A stretch of DNA of 64,000 bases from Spirochaetota bacterium. Its GTDB lineage: Bacteria > Spirochaetota > UBA12135 > COTS27 > CAXSBA01. A model generated the notes under the pieces. That model saw nothing but the letters and a program-made list of their open reading frames with translations. It did no database searches and was not told the DNA's origin. Made by a program: the position numbers and the translations under genes. Shown piece after piece: positions 1-8,150 of the stretch; position 1 is the stretch's first letter, and each line of letters opens with the position of its first letter. The DNA lies in NCBI GenBank assembly GCA_965277105.1, contig OZ255710.1, forward strand, positions 24,730 through 88,729. Reading direction: 5' to 3'.

Positions 1-621
1 TATACTCCTCTTAAAGTAATTGGTAAGAAAAATCTCCCTTCTTCTTCTTTTATTTTATGTGCTAATCATTCTAGCCATATGGATACAGCTATCCTAGGCG
101 TAGCTACTATTGGATTTAACAATTTAGCTATGATGGCGGCTAAAGATTATTGGTTTGATAATAAAATTAGGAAATTTATTTTTAACATTTTTTTAAATTT
201 AATTCCTATAGAAAGAAAGTTAGGGAACAAAAATAATAAAAACAAAATGACTTTAGAGCAAACGATTGGTTATTGTAAAAACTATCTTGCTCAGGGTAAC
301 CGAGCTTTGCTGATTTACCCCGAAGGGACCCGCACTCGTGATGGCAATATTAACTCCTTTAAAGAAGGGGTAGCTTTATTTGCTTCTAAATTAGATGTGC
401 CAATTGTTCCTACTTTTATTAATGGTACGTTTAAGGCTTGGCGTAAGAGAACTTTTTTTTTAAAGCCAGCTAAAATTACTGCCGTTATTGGTGAGCCTTT
501 AACCTTAGAAGAGATTAACAAAATCAAAGCAGAAAATAAAGTTGGCTTTTTAAAAGCCATTACCAAAGAAATCGAAAAAAGAGTAAGAAAATTAAGAGAG
601 GATTTTTATGCCCAAAACTAA
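1..621 (+). CDS. PlsC/GPAT-family acyltransferase (5' end cut by window edge)
   Basis: Frame 1 is open from base 1. Translation ..FILCANHSSHMDTA gives the HX4D acyltransferase motif (nt 61-84), followed by a YPEGTRTRDG block. The last 14 nt overlap the next gene. Confidence 0.8.
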   Translation, partial: YTPLKVIGKKNLPSSSFILCANHSSHMDTAILGVATIGFNNLAMMAAKDYWFDNKIRKFIFNIFLNLIPIERKLGNKNNKNKMTLEQTIGYCKNYLAQGNRALLIYPEGTRTRDGNINSFKEGVALFASKLDVPIVPTFINGTFKAWRKRTFFLKPAKITAVIGEPLTLEEINKIKAENKVGFLKAITKEIEKRVRKLREDFYAQN

Positions 622-2365
622 AGACTTAGAGTACAAATACCCCCATCGTTGGGGCTTTAACGATTCTAAATTTACTATTGAAAATGGTCAAGTGGTTTTT
701 AAGAGTAAACGTTATAAGGTTTTAGCCAATGAAGCATTACCTAATTTAATTCCTTTTGTTGAAGAGGAACTGTTATGTGAAAAATTAGACATTCACGATA
801 CTCTTAAAGACGTTACTAAAAAAACCTTGCCAGCTATTATTGAGAATAAAAAGTTTATTAGTGCTATCGCTAAAAAGTTGACTAAGGAACAGATTTCTTT
901 TGAAGATTTAGATCGATTTTGTCATAGTCATGGTCAAACTACTACTGAAGAAGTTTTTAAGGCCATTTACCGTGGTAAATTTGCTCGAACTGTCGATATG
1001 GTAGTTTTCCCCAAGAAAGAAAAAGAAGTAAAAGAAATTATTACCTTAGCCCAGAAAAATAACGTTTGTTTAGTCCCCTATGGTGGCGGGACTAGCGTTA
1101 GTAGTGCTTTGTTATTGCCTAAAAATGAGAAGCGAATGATTGTCTCAGTGGATATGCGAAAGATGAATAAAATCTTATGGGTTGATGAAAAAAATGCTTT
1201 AGCAAGAATAGAAGCAGGCATTGCTGGAAGAGAATTAGAAGAGGGACTACTCGCTAAAGGATTTACTATGGGGCATGAGCCGGATAGTATGGAATTTTCT
1301 ACCTTAGGTGGATGGATTTCGACTAATGCTAGCGGAATGAAAAGAAACCGTTATGGCAATATTGAAGATATCGTCCAAGGGTTTAATTTCATTACTCCCC
1401 AAGGCGAGATCCAGCAAATGGATATTTTGGATCGTTATTCTATTGGTATGCAACCTAAAAACTTGCTATTTGGTAGTGAGGGGAATCTAGGCATTATCAC
1501 AGAAGTAACCGTTAAAATTCATCCTTCTCCTAAAACCAAGGAATACGCTTCGGTTATGTTCCCCGACTTTGATCAAGGTTTTGATTTTCTAAAAAAGCTT
1601 TCTAGAAATAAATCATTTATTCCAGCTAGTGTTAGACTAGTGGATAATCGGCAATTTCGTTTTGGTTATGCTATTCGCCCAGCTACTAAGAGCCTCACTG
1701 AAAAAATAGCTAATTCTTTAAAGAAATTTTTCCTTACAAAAATAAAAGGCTTTGACCCACTTAAAATGTGTTTGCTCACTTTAGTGATGGAAGGCGATGA
1801 GAAAGAAGTGATTTATCAAAGGGAAAAAACTCTTGCTTTAGCTAAAAAGTATGGGGGAGTTTCTGCTGGAGCTAGTAACGGGAAAAGAGGGTATATGCTT
1901 ACTAATTTAATCGCCTATATTCGAGATTTTCTTTTTAGTTATTACTGCATTGGAGAAACTCTAGAAACCACAGCCCCTTGGAGCAAAGTAAAAATTATTT
2001 GCCAAAAGTTAGAAGAAGAGTTAGAAAAGCAACATAAAAAATACAAGCTACCCGGCAAGCCTTTTTTTTCTTATAGGATTACCCAGCTTTATCATTCAAG
2101 TGTCTGCATTTACATTATGGTAGCGCTTTATGGGAAAGGCAAAAAAAATCCGGAAGATATTTATACTAAAATTGAAAAAGCCCTTCGCAAAGTGATTATG
2201 GAAAATGGGGGAGCGATTTCTCATCATCATGGAGTAGGGAAGTTACGCAAAGAGTTCATGCCTCAAGTTTTAAACAAAGAGAGCAAAACGCTTTTGCAGC
2301 AAGTAAAAAAAACCGTAGACCCTAAAAATGTTTTTGGTATTAGAAATAATATTTTTGGTGGTTAA
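608..2365 (+). CDS. FAD-linked oxidase resembling alkyldihydroxyacetone-phosphate synthase (AGPS)
   Basis: 585 aa. The N-terminal YPHRWGFNDSKF..KSKRY and C-terminal HHHGVGKLRKEF look AGPS-like. Central FAD-binding block VPYGGGTSV. Start overlaps the upstream acyltransferase. Confidence 0.75.
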   Translation: MPKTKDLEYKYPHRWGFNDSKFTIENGQVVFKSKRYKVLANEALPNLIPFVEEELLCEKLDIHDTLKDVTKKTLPAIIENKKFISAIAKKLTKEQISFEDLDRFCHSHGQTTTEEVFKAIYRGKFARTVDMVVFPKKEKEVKEIITLAQKNNVCLVPYGGGTSVSSALLLPKNEKRMIVSVDMRKMNKILWVDEKNALARIEAGIAGRELEEGLLAKGFTMGHEPDSMEFSTLGGWISTNASGMKRNRYGNIEDIVQGFNFITPQGEIQQMDILDRYSIGMQPKNLLFGSEGNLGIITEVTVKIHPSPKTKEYASVMFPDFDQGFDFLKKLSRNKSFIPASVRLVDNRQFRFGYAIRPATKSLTEKIANSLKKFFLTKIKGFDPLKMCLLTLVMEGDEKEVIYQREKTLALAKKYGGVSAGASNGKRGYMLTNLIAYIRDFLFSYYCIGETLETTAPWSKVKIICQKLEEELEKQHKKYKLPGKPFFSYRITQLYHSSVCIYIMVALYGKGKKNPEDIYTKIEKALRKVIMENGGAISHHHGVGKLRKEFMPQVLNKESKTLLQQVKKTVDPKNVFGIRNNIFGG

Positions 2366-2439
2366 TAGTGGTTTTTTTAACGAAACTGTTTCTTCTCAAA
2401 ACATAGTATAATTTATTACTACAAATTTTAAGGTAAGTT

Positions 2440-3210
2440 ATGCATTTAAATATTCAAGCGAGAAACATTATAATAACCGAAGCAATTAACAATTACGTTA
2501 AAACAAAAATAAAGAAAGTTAAAGAGCATTTTAGTCAGACGCTTTATGCTCACGTTATTTTAGAAATTATTAAAAAAGACCAAATAGCAGAAGTTACTTT
2601 AACTTCTAGCAATCACCATTTCCACAATAAAATTGTTACCGAAGATCTTTATAAATCAATCGATATTTTATTTGATAAAGTAGAACGGCAAGTTCGTCGT
2701 TACAAAGAAAACGAGCACGATAAACGAAAAAAAAGTGAGCCATTACACGAGCATTTAAAAGAGATAGAAGATTTTAAAAAAGATACTAGCCAAGTAAAAG
2801 TTGCCTTAGAAGATATTGAAATCCCAGTTATTCCTATGAGTGACTTGGAAGCTATTTTACAGCTAAAAAGCGATGATAAAAAACCCTTTCTAGCTTATGT
2901 TAATGAAAAAGTAGAAAAAACTCCTGCCTTACTTATTAGAAGTTTGACAAGTGATAATACTTTTCATTTATTTGCTTTTAATGACTTTTGGGAGAAAAAA
3001 GAAATCGCCTTATTGGAAAAAAGCAAGGTGCAAATCAACCAAATAAGCCTTTTAAAGCCGCCTTTAGAGTTTATTGAAGATGCGATTAATTATTTAGAGC
3101 ACCATCAACAAAGCAATGTTCGGCTTTTTGTTTCTATGCGAACGAAAAAAATCATGTTCCTTTATAAAAAATCTGTTGGAAACTATTTCTTAGTAAGAGA
3201 AAAGGTTTAG
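2440..3210 (+). CDS. hpf: Ribosome hibernation promoting factor, long form with duplicated C-terminal domain
   Basis: 256 aa. N-terminal RaiA/HPF domain (residues 1-90, ..FDKVERQVRRYKE), then two consecutive segments matching the long-HPF dimerisation domain (IPMSDLEAILQL.. and KPPLEFIEDAINYL..FLYKKSVGNYFLV). Confidence 0.85.
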   Translation: MHLNIQARNIIITEAINNYVKTKIKKVKEHFSQTLYAHVILEIIKKDQIAEVTLTSSNHHFHNKIVTEDLYKSIDILFDKVERQVRRYKENEHDKRKKSEPLHEHLKEIEDFKKDTSQVKVALEDIEIPVIPMSDLEAILQLKSDDKKPFLAYVNEKVEKTPALLIRSLTSDNTFHLFAFNDFWEKKEIALLEKSKVQINQISLLKPPLEFIEDAINYLEHHQQSNVRLFVSMRTKKIMFLYKKSVGNYFLVREKV

Positions 3211-3242
3211 TTTTTATAGAGGAATTCAATTTAATTGTTTAA

Positions 3243-4205
3243 GTGAATAAAGTTTTTAACAAAAAAATAACTGTTAAAGAACTTTTAAATTATTCTAAGG
3301 AAGAAAAAGAGCTAGACTTAAAGCTCGTCTCCAACAATCACAACTTAGAACGAAAATTTTTTTTTAATCAAACTAATCGTCCGGGGCTTAATTTGTTTGG
3401 GTTTTTTGAGCATTTTGCTTATGAGCGGATTCAAATTTTTGGGAAAGGAGAGAGTAGTTTTTTAAACTTAGTAGAGAAAGGAAAACAAGTTAATAATTTA
3501 TCTAGGTTTTTTAAGTATAAAATTCCTTGTATTATTTTTAGTCATAATAATCAACCACCTGAATTTTTTTTAGAATTAGCCAATAAGAATCAATCTTGTG
3601 TTTTTGTTACTAAACTTTCCACTTCTGAATTGCTAAAAGAAATTAATCGTTTTTTTGTTGAATGCATTACGATTAAAAAAGTTATCCATGGTTCAATGCT
3701 AGAAATTTTTGGCATAGGAGTATTTATTAAAGGGGAAAATCATGTTGGAATTAGCGAGTGCACTTTGGAGCTTATCGAAAGGAATCACTGCTTTGTCGCT
3801 GATGACATTATTAATATAAAACTGCAAAATGATAATAGCATTTTGGCTTACAATTCCCCCCTTACCGCCCACTATATGGAGATAAAAGGAATTGGCATTA
3901 TTAATATTGCCCATTTGTTTGGGGTGAGAGCTATTTTAAAAAATAAAACGATTAATCTCATTATTCAAATTGAAAAGTACAACTCTAAAAAAGAATATGA
4001 TTTATCAGGGATTGAAGCTAATCATGAAAATATTTTAGGGGTAGCTATCCCTAAAGTGGTAATCCCTTTTAGCTCGGGGGTAAGTCTCCCTATTTTAATT
4101 GAAACCGCTACGATGAATCATCGCCTTAAAATGACTGGTTATAATACTGCTAAAGAGTTTAATAAAAAAATTATTTCTTATGCCGCTAGCCGAAAAAAAA
4201 TCTAA
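3243..4205 (+). CDS. hprK: HPr kinase/phosphorylase homologue with degenerate Walker A
   Basis: 320 aa, GTG start. HprK blocks are HGSMLEIFGIGVFIKG, CFVADD, MEIKGIGIINIAHLFG and ETATMNHRLKMTGYN. The P-loop position reads GENHVGISE instead of GxSGxGKSE. Confidence 0.8.
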   Translation: MNKVFNKKITVKELLNYSKEEKELDLKLVSNNHNLERKFFFNQTNRPGLNLFGFFEHFAYERIQIFGKGESSFLNLVEKGKQVNNLSRFFKYKIPCIIFSHNNQPPEFFLELANKNQSCVFVTKLSTSELLKEINRFFVECITIKKVIHGSMLEIFGIGVFIKGENHVGISECTLELIERNHCFVADDIINIKLQNDNSILAYNSPLTAHYMEIKGIGIINIAHLFGVRAILKNKTINLIIQIEKYNSKKEYDLSGIEANHENILGVAIPKVVIPFSSGVSLPILIETATMNHRLKMTGYNTAKEFNKKIISYAASRKKI

Positions 4206-4464
4206 TAAGAAATTTATCTATAAGGAAAAAATTTCGTCTGATAAAGGCGTCCATCTTAAACCAGCAACTGAAATTTGCAAGTACGCTTTAAAAAATGAAA
4301 AAACCGTTAAAATTCAATTCCAAAAAAAAGATCTCAAAGTTTCTGCTACTTCTTTATTAAGCATCCTCACTTTAGAGCTAAGCCCGGGAAGTGAAGTAGA
4401 GATTATCCTTTCGAAAAAGCATCAGCCAACGATTAATTTTCTTAAAAAAATTTTCCATCAATAA
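4180..4464 (+). CDS. ptsH: HPr-like phosphocarrier protein
   Basis: 94 aa. GVHLKPA holds the His15 equivalent with Arg17 replaced by Lys. VSATSLLSILTL holds the Ser46 equivalent. Overlaps hprK by 26 nt; the true start may be further downstream. Confidence 0.7.
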   Translation: MPLAEKKSNKKFIYKEKISSDKGVHLKPATEICKYALKNEKTVKIQFQKKDLKVSATSLLSILTLELSPGSEVEIILSKKHQPTINFLKKIFHQ

Positions 4465-4480
4465 ATTATTTTAGAAATTA

Positions 4481-5614
4481 TTGTCGGGAATTAGCCTTTA
4501 TTTCCATATTCCTTTTTGCCGGAAGGCTTGCCCTTACTGCGACTTTTATTTTTCTACTGACCAAAGTTTTCAAGCAAGTTTTTTTTCTGCTCTTAAAAAA
4601 GAAATCTTGTTAAAAAAAAAATTAGTTGCTCAAAAAATAAACTCCATTTATTTTGGTGGCGGGACTCCTTCCACAGCTAAATTAAAGAGCTTAGCTGAAG
4701 TTTTAGACTTAGTAAAAAGCTTAAATGCTATCTCTCGAGAAACAGAAATAACTTTAGAGATTAACGAAGAAGACATTAGTTATGAAAAATTGAAAAATTA
4801 TTTAAACATAGGATTTAATCGATTTTCCATTGGTATTCAAAGCATTAGAAAAAACCTTTCTCCTTATCTAGGAAGATATGTGGATTATAATCGAGTGAAA
4901 GAAATCACTATTATGTTGGCTAAGCTGTCGATAAAAAGTTATAGTTTTGATTTAATTTACGGTATCCCTTCTTTAAGCATAAAAGATTGGGCTAATGATT
5001 TAGGTAAAATAATTAATCTAGCTCCTCCTCATTTATCACTTTATGCTTTGACTGTGGAAAAAAAAACTCGTTTAGATTATTTGCTTCAGCAAAAAAAACT
5101 TAACTCAATAAAAGATAACTTAGCTAAAAGTCATTTGAAAAAAGCTATAGTAATTTTAAACGAAAATGGTTACGAGCATTATGAAATATCCAACTGGGCT
5201 AGAGAAAATAAATACTCTAAGCATAACTGGCATTACTGGCAGAGAAAAGATTACCTGGGATTTGGTCCGGGAGCGGTTTCTTTTTTAGAGAATAAAAGAG
5301 TGATGAATCTCCCACGACTTAAAAGTTATATTAATTTTTTACAGCTCGATCAACCGCCACCACAAGAAGTGGAATTTCTAACTGAAACTAATCAAATTAA
5401 TGAGGCCATTATGCTTTCTTTAAGGACCAATAAGGGCCTTGATTTAGATGCTTTTGCTAAGGAATTTGGCGAAGAGAAAAAAATAGCACTGTTAAAAAAA
5501 GCTCATTTTGGCTTAGAAAAAAAATTATTACAACAAAAAGAGAAAAATTTTTTAAAAGCGACTACAAAAGGAAAGTTTGTTTTGGATGCTATTACTAGAG
5601 AGTTGATTTTTTAA
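4481..5614 (+). CDS. hemW: Radical SAM HemN-like protein (heme chaperone HemW family)
   Basis: 377 aa, TTG start. CRKACPYCDF (CxxxCxxC), GGGTPS, and a HemN-C-like tail. Confidence 0.8.
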   Translation: MSGISLYFHIPFCRKACPYCDFYFSTDQSFQASFFSALKKEILLKKKLVAQKINSIYFGGGTPSTAKLKSLAEVLDLVKSLNAISRETEITLEINEEDISYEKLKNYLNIGFNRFSIGIQSIRKNLSPYLGRYVDYNRVKEITIMLAKLSIKSYSFDLIYGIPSLSIKDWANDLGKIINLAPPHLSLYALTVEKKTRLDYLLQQKKLNSIKDNLAKSHLKKAIVILNENGYEHYEISNWARENKYSKHNWHYWQRKDYLGFGPGAVSFLENKRVMNLPRLKSYINFLQLDQPPPQEVEFLTETNQINEAIMLSLRTNKGLDLDAFAKEFGEEKKIALLKKAHFGLEKKLLQQKEKNFLKATTKGKFVLDAITRELIF

Positions 5615-5631
5615 TAATATAAATGATTTTT

Positions 5632-6621
5632 TCACCCGCGATAAAATAAGTAAAACAAGTAAGCGCAATAAGCAATTAAAAATAGCATACCACTTTTAAA
5701 GCCAATATTAGTTTCTTGTTTAGTTTTATCTCCTTTAAAAGAAAGGAAAGTAATGAGTCCTAGCATTATTAAGGAAAATAAACTAATTGTCATATCCAAG
5801 TTAAAGTAGCTTTCAAAAACTAACGGGTTGACTAAACTAGCTACTCCTAAAACCCATAAAATATTAAACAGGTTAGAACCTAAAATATTACCGAGGGCTA
5901 GATCCATTTGCTTTTTTCTACCTGCTAGTAAGGAAGTGATAACTTCTGGAAGTGAAGTCCCAATCGCGACAATGGTTAAACCAATAAATCCTTCGCTGAT
6001 ATTGAAAACTTCACGAGCTAAGAAAAGGGCCCCATTTACCACTTTGTCTCCTCCCCAAGAAAGCATGGCTATGGCTAAAGCAATAAAGAATAAAGATTTT
6101 TTTAAGCTAAAATTAGAAGGAATTTCTTCTATATTATCAAGTGGGATGGTTTTATTTTTTAAGCTAAAAAAAATAAAAACTAAAAACAAGCCAAGAAAAA
6201 CAAGCCCGTTTAAGCTAGAGATGGTTAAAAAATTATCTGAGGTAATTTTTGAAAAATTACTAAAAGCGATGAGTAAAACAATAACGAAAAAATTGAAAAG
6301 ATAAATACCAGTTATGTTTTTATTGATAGGAATTTTATTGAACGTAGCTAGTACTCCTAAAACTAAAAAGACATTAGCAATATTACTCCCGACAATGTTC
6401 CCCATAATTAAGCTACTGGCGTTTTCTTGGAAGCTCGCTAAAAGGGTAACAATGAGTTCGGGAATGGAAGTCCCGATAGAAACCACTAAAACCCCTACTA
6501 AAAGTGGGTTGAGTTTGAATTTTTTAGACAGAAGAACGCTATGGTCAATTAACCAATCAGCCCCTTTAATTAATAAAAAAAAACCTAAAAATAATTGAAT
6601 TGATTCTAGAAAAATAGTCAC
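5632..6621 (-). CDS. Na+/Ca2+ exchanger family (CaCA, YrbG-like) membrane protein
   Basis: 329 aa, polytopic. Duplicated alpha-repeats GTSIPE and GTSLPE; N-terminal GADWLIDHS. Confidence 0.8.
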   Translation of the reverse strand: MTIFLESIQLFLGFFLLIKGADWLIDHSVLLSKKFKLNPLLVGVLVVSIGTSIPELIVTLLASFQENASSLIMGNIVGSNIANVFLVLGVLATFNKIPINKNITGIYLFNFFVIVLLIAFSNFSKITSDNFLTISSLNGLVFLGLFLVFIFFSLKNKTIPLDNIEEIPSNFSLKKSLFFIALAIAMLSWGGDKVVNGALFLAREVFNISEGFIGLTIVAIGTSLPEVITSLLAGRKKQMDLALGNILGSNLFNILWVLGVASLVNPLVFESYFNLDMTISLFSLIMLGLITFLSFKGDKTKQETNIGFKSGMLFLIAYCAYLFYLFYRG

Positions 6622-6774
6622 GAATTAAAATTATGTGCCTTACATTATATAAAAAAAGAAGATTTTAGTTGATAGAGATAAAGTAGTACTAGGTTTGTTA
6701 TGAAAAAAAATCGGTAAATAGATTAATTTTATCTTTAATTAGCTAATTTAATTTTATAAAAAATAAGAAAAAAA

Positions 6775-6850
6775 TGGTGGAGATGATGGGGATCGAACCC
6801 ACGACCCCAACGCTGCCAGCGTTGTGCTCTACCAACTGAGCTACATCCCC
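6775..6850 (-). tRNA. tRNA-Ala (anticodon GGC)
   Basis: Reverse complement GGGGATGTAGCTCAGTTGGTAGAGCACAACGCTGGCAGCGTTGGGGTCGTGGGTTCGATCCCCATCATCTCCACCA folds as a 76-nt cloverleaf with encoded CCA. Anticodon loop CTGGCAG; G3:U70 alanine identity pair. Lies 12 nt downstream of rplT. Confidence 0.92.
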
Positions 6851-6862
6851 CTTGCAAAAGAA

Positions 6863-7240
6863 CTATTTACTATGGTTTTTGTTTAAATTTTCTACCAGTT
6901 TTTTAAAGCTAGCAAAATCCCGTTCTCCCATTAAGGAAAGAAGCTTCCGGTTAATCGTAATATTAGCTAATTTCAATTGATGAATAAATTTAGAATAAGA
7001 AAAAGAAGGGATTTTTAAATCCTTTACCTTATCTAAGGCTGCATTAATGCGGACATTCCATAAACGACGAAAGTCTCCCTTTTTCTTACGTCTATGGGCG
7101 AAGGAAAACATCCCGGATCGAGTGACACTTTGTTTGGCGATGCTGTAAACGTTTTTTCTCTTGCCATAATATCCTTTGGCTTGTTGAATGACTTTTTTTA
7201 CTCTTTTTTTGTGGGTAACACTACTTTTACTTCTAGGCAT
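6863..7240 (-). CDS. rplT: 50S ribosomal protein L20
   Basis: 125 aa, MPRSKSSVTHKKRVKKVIQQAKGYYG.. typical L20. Third gene of the infC-rpmI-rplT operon. Confidence 0.95.
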   Translation of the reverse strand: MPRSKSSVTHKKRVKKVIQQAKGYYGKRKNVYSIAKQSVTRSGMFSFAHRRKKKGDFRRLWNVRINAALDKVKDLKIPSFSYSKFIHQLKLANITINRKLLSLMGERDFASFKKLVENLNKNHSK

Positions 7241-7272
7241 TTTTTATCTCCTTTTTTAAGTTATGCGATAAC

Positions 7273-7470
7273 TTATAAATTTGGGACTAGTTTTTTTATA
7301 AGCGAGCTATCTTTTTTATTTAAACTTACTAAGTTCCTTTTTTTTCTTTTGTTACTAATACTTTTTTTAGTTAACAGATGCTTAGAGCCGGCTCGTTTGG
7401 CTTTAATTTTATTTTTAGCCGTTAGTTTAAATCGTTTTCTAGCACCTTTATGGGTTTTTAATTTTGTCAT
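7273..7470 (-). CDS. rpmI: 50S ribosomal protein L35
   Basis: 65 aa, MTKLKTHKGARKRFKLT.. typical L35; conserved operon position. Confidence 0.92.
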   Translation of the reverse strand: MTKLKTHKGARKRFKLTAKNKIKAKRAGSKHLLTKKSISNKRKKRNLVSLNKKDSSLIKKLVPNL

Positions 7471-7479
7471 TTTATTTCC

Positions 7480-8010
7480 TTATTTTTTTTTTAGTGGACT
7501 TAAAGTCATGAATAATTGCTTGCCCTCTAGTTTAGCTGGGATGTCAATCTTGGCAATGTCGATAGTGTCATTAATGATTTTTTCAATTTGCTTTTTCCCT
7601 AAATCGATAAAAGACATTTCCCTTCCTTTGAATCTAATCGTAACTTTTACCTTATTCCCTTTAGCAATAAAGTCTTTTATATGCTTTAACTTAAAATTAT
7701 AATCATGCACGTCCGTTTTGGGGCGCATTTTTATTTCTTTTAGTTGGCTTACTTTTTGTTGTTTCTTCGCCTCTTTTCTTTTTTTTTCTTGTAGATAATT
7801 AAATTTTCCATAATCAATTATTTTGCAGATAGGGGGATTACTATTGGGAGAGATTTCTACTAAGTCTAAATCCGATTCAGTGGCTTTTTGGATAGCATCC
7901 CTTAAACTAAAAGTTCCTAATACCTTCCCGTCGTTGTTGATAATAACCACTTCACTGCTTTTTATTTGATGATTATGCCGGGGTTTTTTAATAAAGACTT
8001 TTCTAACCAT
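7480..8010 (-). CDS. infC: Translation initiation factor IF-3
   Basis: 176 aa. INNDGKVLG, LDLVEISPNSNPPICKIIDYGKF and KEIKMRPKTDVHDY blocks. ATG start in this genome. Confidence 0.95.
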   Translation of the reverse strand: MVRKVFIKKPRHNHQIKSSEVVIINNDGKVLGTFSLRDAIQKATESDLDLVEISPNSNPPICKIIDYGKFNYLQEKKRKEAKKQQKVSQLKEIKMRPKTDVHDYNFKLKHIKDFIAKGNKVKVTIRFKGREMSFIDLGKKQIEKIINDTIDIAKIDIPAKLEGKQLFMTLSPLKKK

Positions 8011-8150
8011 TATATTTTATTGTCTTTAATTGTATCATCAATTTCTAAAAATAACTTATTTTTCCTTAATTAACCTATTAATCCAACCATTTTCTTTTAA
8101 AAAAAAGAGATTTTAGGTTATAATTTTAATGTTTTCTATGGATAAAAAAA

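Noticed and set aside
8011-8150. Possible L20-leader-type RNA or non-ATG start codon for infC.
   Set aside because: The intergenic region is only 140 nt, is shared with a divergent promoter, and shows no convincing extended pairing. infC here starts with a plain ATG.
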